From positions 175,554-195,553 of the forward strand of contig JAVKOQ020000080.1 in assembly GCA_031835245.2 (NCBI GenBank): a stretch of 20,000 nucleotides of DNA, written 5' to 3'. Positions 12,462-20,000 of the stretch are shown piece by piece. The stretch's first letter is position 1; each line of letters begins with the position of its first letter. The position numbers and the translations under genes were made by a program. Under the pieces are notes generated by a model. It saw only the letters and a program-made list of their open reading frames with translations. It had not been told where the DNA came from and ran no database searches. Origin of the DNA: Balamuthia mandrillaris (taxonomy: Eukaryota).

Positions 12462-15447
12462 TGGGAAGAAGAAACGACCCTTTTGCTACAACTGCAAGTC
12501 GAGAGAGCACTGGACAAGAGAGTGCTCGGAAAAGAAACGTGTCGACCAAAGCAAGAAGAAGGATACTTTTGGCGGTGCTTTGCGGGACACAAAGGGCAAG
12601 TCTGGAAGCCAAAGCCAGGCGCCGGCCCAGAAGGACAGTGCTGGTGGAAGGACAGGATCGACGAATATTGTCGTCAAGAACGCGCGTTGTCTACCGAGGA
12701 TGTATATGAAGATCTCCGGAGGAAGGACAATCGAGGCCGCGCTGGACTCCTGTGCCACCGATAGCTTCGTCCGACAAACACTTCTACCCAAAGGAGTGAA
12801 AATTAGTAGCCTACATAACGGGGATATGTGGAGAAGTGCTACTGGCCATGAAGTGAAGCCGAAGGGTTACGTCACTCTTCGTTTTCGGACGCCTACTCGC
12901 GAGAACGTCAAGGCAACCGTTGCTGTCTTGGCAGAGGATGATCCGATGCCGCACGATCTTCTTATTGGCTGGGATATTTTGGAAGCACGACGACACTGGT
13001 TACTTCTCGCTGAGAGCAAACCTGTGGACGGTTCGTCTGGTGACTCTGATGATGACCGAGTGTGCACCTCAGTCACAAAGGAGACCCAAGATGTCGTGGA
13101 CGTTATCTACCCGGTGGAGCTTCCTACCGAGGAAGAGGTAATGACGGGCTTGAGAGAGCTCGTGAACGACGCGGACCTGGATATCGGGCAGAAAGCACGG
13201 CTTCTAGAGCTGGCCCTTGAATACAAGGACGTCTTCTGCTACAAGCTTCCTGAGCCGGGAAGTGTCAAACTTCCACCCCACAAGATAGTCCTAACGGATT
13301 ATACCCCCATCCGTGTGAAGCCTCACAAGGTCAGCGCCAAGGTTCAGGAGACCATCGACGCTGCCACGGACGACATGCTACTTATGGGCGTCATTCGCAA
13401 ATCTGTCAGCGAATGGGCACACCCTGTGATCATCGTCATCAAGAAGGACGGAAAGCCACGATTCTGTATCGACTACAGAGAGCTAAACAAACGTACGGTG
13501 AAGGATTCCTACCCAATGCCTAACGTTGAGGACGGACTGAATTGCCTCCACGGCTCCAAGTTCCGATCCAAATTCGACTTAGCGTGCGGTTATTGGCACT
13601 TCCTTATGGAGGAACGTACCGCAAATATGTGTGCCTTCGTTACGAAATCCGGTCAGTTTGAGCCTGTGGTTATGCCCTTCGGACCTACTAACGCTCCGGC
13701 TACGTTCCAACGAGGAATGGACGAGATCTTCGGCGAATTCAAGCGGAAGTTTTCTTGGTGTCATATTGACGACCTCATCGTTTTTTCTAAGACATTTGAG
13801 GACCACCTCGTTCACTTACGCAAGGTCTTTGAGCGTCTCCGTGAGTATCGACTCTACGTGAAGGTCAACAAATGCGCCTTCGTGAAGGAGACGATGGAGT
13901 ACCTTGGACACATGGTGTCTAGCGATGGAATTAGCCCAGTACAGAGCAAGGTCAAAGCGGTGCAAGATTGCCCACGCCCTACCACCAGGAAGCAACTACA
14001 AAGCTTCCTTGGACTTGCAAACTACTATCGCAAGTTTATCCATCATCTCGCCGAGATGGTGAAGCCCCTCACCGACCTCACGAGCCCCAAAACGAAGTTC
14101 GTGTGGAGCGACGAGCAGGAAAAGGCTTTCCAAGGGATAAAGGAGGCTCTGACCAGTTCTCCTGTCCTTGCCTACCCTGATGCTGAAAAGGACTTTCGGA
14201 TCTGCTGTGATGCCAGCGATTACGCCATCGGGGGAACTCTGGAGCAGAAAGGAGAGGATGGGCTATACCATGTTGTAGCCTACGGTAGCAAGAAGCTTTC
14301 CGGTCCGCAGCTCAATTGGAGCGCCACGGAGAAGGAGGCTTACGCCGTTGTCTTCTTCCTACAGCATTGGAGACATTATGTTCTTCAGCAGTTAGAATGT
14401 GTCGTTACTGACCATTCAGCTCTGCAATGGCTGTTCTCCCAGAAGAACCCTTCGGGCAAGTTGGCGAGGTGGATTGCCAAGCTGCAGGAATTCGGCCATG
14501 TCCAAGTTACCCACCGACCAGGGAAGGAACATTCCAATGCCGATAGTCTCAGCCGTGAACCGTTCGCTCTCGGTGCAGTCAACACTGTTACTTGTCTGAA
14601 GAACTGCAAGCAGGTTACTTTTGCAGACGGAGAGGAAGGCAGCCAGTCAGACGACGAAGACAACCGTGGGATACAGTCACAAGAAAATGGCTCCCCGCAG
14701 GTTTTACCGGATAAGGAGTTGGATTCCGACTCATGGCTTGAGCTGCTGCATATTGATGATGAATTTTCATGGATCATCAAAGCCATTGAAGGCAACGAGG
14801 AGGCATGTCAACGCAAGACACCCTGTCAGTTGGCGCTCATGGAGCAGTGCTTCCTTCAAGACGGACATTTATTACACGCGATTTGGCCTGATAAAGCCAA
14901 GGTCAAACAAGCTACCGTCCAACAAATCATGCCCAAGGAGCTTAGGAACAAGATACTTCGTCAGTTCCACGATGTTCCTACGGGTGGGCATTTCAGCCTT
15001 ACGAAGATGTACTCCTGTCTCATCACGCAGTACTGGTGGCCTGGAATTCACAAAGATGTGGAACGTTGGGTCAAGGGCTGTGTGGAATGCCAGGAGGCGA
15101 AGGCTCCATGGAAGAAAGCCGACGGGCCGTTGGGTCACATCATTGCTAATGAGCCAGGCGAGTTGGTCTGCATGGACCTGATCGGTGAGTTGCCCTTGAC
15201 GGCCGAAGGGTACCGATACGCCTTGGTCACCATCGACGCCTTCACGCGTTGGCCGGACATTCGTCCATTGAAGACGAAACAAGCTAAGGAAGTGGCGAAG
15301 GCCTTACTTGAGATCTTCACGAGCACGGACCTCCCTAAGGAGCTTCTGTCTGATCAAGGGAAAGAGTTCGTCAACAAACTCAACAATGAGCTGTCGACTC
15401 TACTTGGTATCAAGCGTAGTAGTAGTAATAAAGTTTATTTGCTCTGA
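12352..15447 (+). CDS. NC-Pol polyprotein of element 2 (CCHC knuckle, protease, RT, RNase H, truncated integrase)
   Basis: Frame open from 12352. Motifs: CYNCKSREHWTREC; ALDSCAT; RFCIDYRELN, DSYPMP, MPFG, HIDD; CDASDYAIGG, WSATEKE, TDHSAL; H..GGH..WWPG..CVEC; CMDLIG and SDQGKEF. The last ~10 codons are LINE-derived and the integrase catalytic Glu is missing. Confidence 0.92.
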   Translation, partial: TSRETGKDDGTRRRALDHRSRSSRREKNNNDSSSGNDGKKKRPFCYNCKSREHWTRECSEKKRVDQSKKKDTFGGALRDTKGKSGSQSQAPAQKDSAGGRTGSTNIVVKNARCLPRMYMKISGGRTIEAALDSCATDSFVRQTLLPKGVKISSLHNGDMWRSATGHEVKPKGYVTLRFRTPTRENVKATVAVLAEDDPMPHDLLIGWDILEARRHWLLLAESKPVDGSSGDSDDDRVCTSVTKETQDVVDVIYPVELPTEEEVMTGLRELVNDADLDIGQKARLLELALEYKDVFCYKLPEPGSVKLPPHKIVLTDYTPIRVKPHKVSAKVQETIDAATDDMLLMGVIRKSVSEWAHPVIIVIKKDGKPRFCIDYRELNKRTVKDSYPMPNVEDGLNCLHGSKFRSKFDLACGYWHFLMEERTANMCAFVTKSGQFEPVVMPFGPTNAPATFQRGMDEIFGEFKRKFSWCHIDDLIVFSKTFEDHLVHLRKVFERLREYRLYVKVNKCAFVKETMEYLGHMVSSDGISPVQSKVKAVQDCPRPTTRKQLQSFLGLANYYRKFIHHLAEMVKPLTDLTSPKTKFVWSDEQEKAFQGIKEALTSSPVLAYPDAEKDFRICCDASDYAIGGTLEQKGEDGLYHVVAYGSKKLSGPQLNWSATEKEAYAVVFFLQHWRHYVLQQLECVVTDHSALQWLFSQKNPSGKLARWIAKLQEFGHVQVTHRPGKEHSNADSLSREPFALGAVNTVTCLKNCKQVTFADGEEGSQSDDEDNRGIQSQENGSPQVLPDKELDSDSWLELLHIDDEFSWIIKAIEGNEEACQRKTPCQLALMEQCFLQDGHLLHAIWPDKAKVKQATVQQIMPKELRNKILRQFHDVPTGGHFSLTKMYSCLITQYWWPGIHKDVERWVKGCVECQEAKAPWKKADGPLGHIIANEPGELVCMDLIGELPLTAEGYRYALVTIDAFTRWPDIRPLKTKQAKEVAKALLEIFTSTDLPKELLSDQGKEFVNKLNNELSTLLGIKRSSSNKVYLL

Positions 15448-16248
15448 GAGCAACACCAATCTATACATAAAAAGTAAGCATTGTACATACATAGTGTACT
15501 CTTACTTCTCTTACTCCCTCATCCTCAATGCCTTCCCAATTGTTATTCAAATTCACAAGTGAAAGGTGTTGAATGAGATTTCAGACTAACTTTGTATCAT
15601 CTAGCTATCCTTTTCTTTCCCTTTCCTTTCTTCTCTATTCCTTGCTATTACAATACTTCCAAAGATTGATAAAATGCAGAAGAACTTCCATACTTCCAAC
15701 TTGCTCTTGCTGCCCATAATCTCCAGACTCGTTTACAACTTTGCTTACATTGTTCCATCTCTTGAGCTCTGTTGCATTTCTTTCCACTTGACAGGAGCTT
15801 TGTTGTACAGTCTTCTATAATCAGCTTTCTGACTTGTTCTTCATTTCCATTGTCCACACTAAATCGATCTTCCCAAAGATTTGGACACCTTAACAGGAAG
15901 TGGTCTGCTGTTTCTTCCTCAGCATCACATGCAGGGCACATACTATCCTTCTCAGACTGCTGGATGGCTCCCCACTTTTTTCCAATGGGCAGTATACCAC
16001 AATGAATAGCATTCATCAAACGTTCTTTCCTTGGGTTGGTAATCACTAAGCTCCGTTGTTGTCCAACCACACATCTTCCATTTGTCAAGAAGTTATGCCA
16101 TAGCCATGCTCTTGTTCCTCTTTCTCCTTCAGCTGAATACTCCTCCTTGGCCACTCGAGTTAAGGCCCTCATCCTCTTGGCTTTCTTTTCAACAATACTT
16201 GTCCCATCACCTCCAGACCAAGTTATAAATCTTGGGAATGGTGTACTG
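15416..16248 (-). mobile_element. 5'-truncated non-LTR retrotransposon (LINE) 3' end: ORF2 C-terminus, 3' UTR and (TAC)n tail
   Basis: Minus ORF ending at 15648 carries CPACDAEEETADHFLLRCP (CX2CX7HX4C, zf-RVT type) and a W.LW..R motif. 3' UTR of ~230 nt. AATAAA (15439-15434) is followed by TAT(TAC)4 at the junction. Confidence 0.82.
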
Positions 16249-16625
16249 ACCCTCTCAAGTCAATACATGCGACCTTTCCTTTTGAGCATGTTACCATCGA
16301 CCTTACTGGCCCCTTGCAAACAAACTTCATGGGCTATCAATACATCTTCATCATTACAGACATCACCACATGTTTTATGGTTGTCCGCCCTCTCAAGGAC
16401 AAATCCGTGGAAGAAGTCTCCTGTGAGTTTGTCAAGATCATCTGCGAACTTAGCTTCCCCAAAATCGTCCAGTCTAACAATGGCACTGAATTTGTCAACA
16501 AAATCATATCTGTAGTATATGACCAGGCAAGTTTTGATCACTGGTTCATTTCTTTGTATCACCCATGAGCCAACGGAGCTGCAGAAAGCCATGTCAAGCT
16601 CACCAAATCCATGCTCCTGAAATGT
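16249..16625 (+). pseudogene. Degenerate integrase core, probably the continuation of element 1
   Basis: PLKSIHATFPFEHVTIDLTGP...QSNNGTEFVN...YHP*ANGAAESHVKL. Same strand and same CpG-decay pattern as element 1, and it resumes just downstream of where element 1 broke off. Confidence 0.85.
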
Positions 16626-17129
16626 TGGAGTTGCCTATTTTTGATTAGTGGATACACATGGAAAAAGTGATGACCTTCTCTTATCTTCAACATCCATATT
16701 ACCACGAAGCTCATGGAAAACATACTATCATGCAAACCCAACAAACCTAGCAAAGACAATGGCAGCAATCTCCTTTCAGTAATAAAAACCTTCTAGTGTG
16801 GAAAAAAAAATCAACTTCCTCAGTAATCTTCAAATACAATGGCATAAATACAATTGAAAAGAACAATGATGTCCTACCTGATGTATTCCATGACTACCAC
16901 CACTAAGATGAGAATTGAGATGCCTTTATGACAACACGAGCCTATGAGATGAGAATCAGCCAGGTGACCCTAACTATTGCAAGACTTTCCATCATTATTA
17001 CCTGGTTTTTAAAAAAATTCTCATTCTTGTAGTTTTCTTTTAAAAGGAAAGCAGGAAAATCTCTTATCTCTTATACATCTCTTTTATCTACTCTCATGAT
17101 AGTAGTTCACACAATGTGATCACAAAAAC

Positions 17130-17240
17130 AGGCAGCCAGAAGGTGGACCAGTAGCTCTAATCAAAGACCAGCTTCTCAAGGGCAGACTTGGCAAGCATGA
17201 CATGGGCCTTAGCTGCACTTTGGGCTTATGGATGGCAAAT
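17130..17240 (-). pseudogene. Short, highly decayed integrase fragment
   Basis: Minus-strand translation CHP*AQSAAKAHVMLAKSALEK aligns by eye with YHP*ANGAAESHVKLTKSMLLK at 16557-16622. Confidence 0.5.
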
Positions 17241-17761
17241 AGCAATAGATCTATGAACTCTTGGAGTGTTGTGTTGTTCTTTCAGTCAAGTTAACAAGTC
17301 TTTGAACTAGTACTAAGTAATACTGGAAAAGGAGCAAATTATTTTGTTTGAAGCACAGTGCACTCTCAAATAATAAGTCCTCAATAGTTGTGCCCACCTT
17401 GCAGGGCTTCAGGATAAAACTCTCTGAGCACTAGTCAAGCACCTGGGAGAAGAAGGGTGGGAGTCGTTCAGAGATGATAGGACATTGGCCAGATGATTAC
17501 CAATCATAACACAGGCACTAGCCTTTCTCAACAAAATCAGTTAAGTGAACTAGTGCAAACCAATTAACACCTGGGCTCTCACAAAAATAATCCCAGAATG
17601 GACTTGATAACCCTAAAAAAGCAAGAGATAGAGGAGAAAAGAAGAGAATACATGAGAATAGTAGTGTTATCGTGTAATCAAACTTACTCAACCAAGAGAG
17701 AGAGAGAGAGAAAAAGAGAAAGAGATTTCCAATTAGGAGAGTTGATCAGTGAATCACAAAC

Positions 17762-18675
17762 TCAGACCATGCCCCAGCTCTTTCTGCCTTCCTTGGAGAA
17801 GTCATGAAGTTTAAATGGAATGGTAGGGGCAGGTGGAGCCACTCTTTTCATCCCCTCTTTCATGGCCCTGACCCTAGACTCTTCTGGATTCATAGACTCC
17901 ATTCCCAAAATCCACGCTATGTTCAACTGTTCCACCATACCATTCTAGTTTACATCCCAGTTCATGTAGGTTTGTTTAGTTAGCAAATAGGATAGGGCAG
18001 AGTGGCAGTGGAACATTGCAGGAGGAGAAGAATGTACCAAAGCAAACACTTCGTCGATGGCCTGTGAAATCTTTGCAAACTTTTCAGAGAAGACCTTCTC
18101 TTCTAAATCAGTACTTTTTGTAATTTCACGTAACAGCATGACCATAAAGTTTAATAGGCCCTCCACTGACAGGCCCAATAAGTCAATTTTATTTAGCAGA
18201 CAACCAGCCAAAACATGCAAAAGAAGAAAGAAACTGTTTCGTGAGTTTACAGCAGGCTTCAAAAGACAAAAAAAACGCACGTGCTAGCTCGTCCATGTCT
18301 TCCTTCCCTGAAATGAAGAATGAAAGCTCTCCCACTGTGGCAAATACGATGTTTGTCTCTCTGAAAGTTTTTGTTTAGTCAGAATTCTGCTCTCTCCTCT
18401 CACTCCAACGAACGTAACTCACCGCAAAGTGGCAACGACCGCTCTATCTGAACGAGCTTTGTTAAATTCCTCCAACCAAATGCGATAGAGTTCTTGATGC
18501 CAACTGTCTCTGAAAAGAGAGAAAGGAAATGGCATGGGCAGTGAGACGCTGTAGCAAATATTTCTTTTAAAAAAAAAGAATGCGAGGCGCAGGCTTACGT
18601 ATCCTCTTCGGGGATAACTCTGGAAAACAGTATGTCATCATTGGGGGAGATAATAACAAGAGAGTGAAGCGACAT
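17762..18675 (-). CDS. Longin-fold sigma/zeta-type adaptor small subunit, TSPOON/LOLITA-like (TSET complex), ~184 aa. Exons 18675-18599, 18509-18423, 18360-18281, 18165-18038, 17944-17762
   Basis: Spliced product (555 nt, four GT-AG introns): MSLHSLVIISPNDDILFSR..DSWHQEL..VVATLRETNIVFATVGELSFFISGKEDMDELALEGLL..EKVFSEKFAKISQAIDEVFALNGMVE. This matches the pattern I recall for plant LOLITA (IVY..LGDVSIFLVGK.EYDEL.L; E.VF..KY..I....DE...NG..E). Confidence 0.78.
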
Positions 18676-19031
18676 AGTGGGGGATGAGGCTTTGTTAACC
18701 TTTGTTCACCAGGGCCCTGGTTGTCCTTTCTTTGGTGTTTTGCCCAAACTGGCGGCAATAAAGAAAGGGCATTAATTAACAGAAGATGGGAACCAATCAA
18801 TTATCATACGCCCTGGGTCCCGTTGTTGATCGATCTTGTTGTCGTTCAACTGCAAAAAAAAAAAAAGGGAGGCAAGAAGAAGAAGACTTACGCGGAACGT
18901 GTGGGGAGACTCCTCCCCCCAAAAAAAAAAAAAAAGGTAAAATAAGAGGTAGTTGGCGGCGGCGGCGCTTCCCCCACTTGTCAGCAAACTACAAACAGAA
19001 TACGAAAGGAAAGGGGAGGCAATAATAAAGA

Positions 19032-20000
19032 ATGGGAGGAAATGTGTCGAAAGCCATCGAAGTGGCAAAGACCAAAGGGGGAACCCATTTTGCTCTCATC
19101 GAAGGAAAGAAAAAGGAGCGTAGCGAGAAGGAGATTGAGAAGTTGTTGCAAAACATAACGGGGCAACTGCCGAAGCTCTCCCGTGTGACCATAACAGCAT
19201 GCCACCTCAACAGCCTGCCGCAGGAGGGCTTGGAGAGGTTCCAAGGGCTGGTGGCCCTCACCCTCACCGAGAACGAGCTGAGAGATCTGCCGGAGGGAAT
19301 GAAACACCTTACAAGCTTGCAGGAACTTCACCTCACCAAGAACAGGCTAACGGCGGTGCCACCCCCGCTTCGATACCTCTCTGCGTTACAACAACTCTCC
19401 TTGGACTACAACTACCTGGGCGGCGAAGCTCTTCTTGAAGAGGCGCTGGCTTCTGGCTCTTCCCCAGGAGACCCTGGACACAAACGCACCAGCAGCAACA
19501 GTGGTGGCAGCCCGAGAAGCGCCGCGGCCAACGCTTTTGGCAGCTTCCGCAAAAAATCTTCTGGAGGTAGCGGCGGCGGAGGGTCCAACAAGAAGGACAA
19601 AAAGGAAAAGAAGGAGAAGGAAGAAGAGAAACGGCGGCGAGGAGAGACTGTGGGCGTCATCAAAGGTCGTGAATACTATGCCAACAAACAGCAGCTGGCG
19701 GAAGAGGGCAGGAAAAGGCACTCCACCTCTTCAATGGGACACGGTAGCCCACCTCCCGGTGTTGGCGCCAGTGTAGTGGGCGCTGTTCTTGATCAGCCAC
19801 TTCTTCTCTCCCTTGCTTTCCAATCGTCTCCTCCTCATTCCTCTTCTACCACCGGCTCTTCTAATTCTTCTTCGCCGCGGTACACACCACCTGCCTCTCC
19901 TGTGGGCCTCGGTGCCGTCATAACAGCAGCTGGAGGAGGGAACAAAGATAAGGACGGAGGTAAGAAAGAAAAGAAAGACAAGGGTAAAAAGGAGAAAAAA
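19032..20000 (+). CDS. Leucine-rich-repeat protein with N-myristoylation motif, partial (runs off window)
   Basis: Uninterrupted frame from ATG 19032, absent from the ORF track because it has no stop in the window. Starts MGGNVSK. LRRs LSRVTITACHLNSLP, LVALTLTENELRDLP, LQELHLTKNRLTAVP, LQQLSLDYNYL, then S/G- and K/D/E-rich low-complexity segments. Confidence 0.85.
   Translation, partial: MGGNVSKAIEVAKTKGGTHFALIEGKKKERSEKEIEKLLQNITGQLPKLSRVTITACHLNSLPQEGLERFQGLVALTLTENELRDLPEGMKHLTSLQELHLTKNRLTAVPPPLRYLSALQQLSLDYNYLGGEALLEEALASGSSPGDPGHKRTSSNSGGSPRSAAANAFGSFRKKSSGGSGGGGSNKKDKKEKKEKEEEKRRRGETVGVIKGREYYANKQQLAEEGRKRHSTSSMGHGSPPPGVGASVVGAVLDQPLLLSLAFQSSPPHSSSTTGSSNSSSPRYTPPASPVGLGAVITAAGGGNKDKDGGKKEKKDKGKKEKK

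Larger units (their letters stand above)
11042..15415 (+). mobile_element. Young Ty3/gypsy LTR retrotransposon (element 2), nested in the integrase of element 1 and 3'-truncated
   Basis: LTR-like segment 11042-11180 (TGTG...CACA, TATATATA ~11086, ATTAAA 11111), then PBS, gag and pol. The integrase stops abruptly at ~15415. No PPT or 3' LTR. Confidence 0.9.

Noticed and set aside
11231..15326. Numerous antisense and alternative-frame ORFs over element 2
   Set aside because: Shadows of GC-rich gag/pol coding sequence with no recognisable domains.
16622..16692. ATGTTGGAGTT (inverse of 6887-6897) and TGTTGGAG...CTTCAACA as a 3' LTR or TIR
   Set aside because: No extended similarity to the 5' LTR, no PPT or TSD, and TGTTG is a generic LTR-end word.
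16915..17005. LRCLYDN...GDPNY.K.F, faintly like a piggyBac transposase segment
   Set aside because: Too short, interrupted by stops, with no supporting flanking motifs.

Overview
Eukaryotic genomic DNA with short GT-AG introns and low-complexity proteins, probably a protist. An amoebozoan is my inference from a TSET subunit and the gene style. Two head-to-head host gene pairs flank an ~12 kb retroelement cluster. Left pair: a DENND2-like Rab GEF with a C-terminal PBZ-like zinc finger (-, 3 exons) and a 13-exon BetB/ALDH9-type aldehyde dehydrogenase (+). Right pair: a TSPOON/LOLITA-like sigma/zeta-type subunit of the TSET coat (-, 5 exons) and a probably N-myristoylated LRR protein running off the window (+). 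The cluster holds an LTR-like relic and an old CpG-decayed Ty3/gypsy element whose 5' LTR is followed by T10 instead of a tRNA PBS. A younger CpG-rich Ty3/gypsy element with a tRNA-Ser-type PBS is inserted in the old element's integrase, and an antisense 5'-truncated LINE truncates the young element. Further integrase debris follows. No prokaryotic system, CRISPR array or RNA gene was seen. All family calls come from motif recognition, not database searches.
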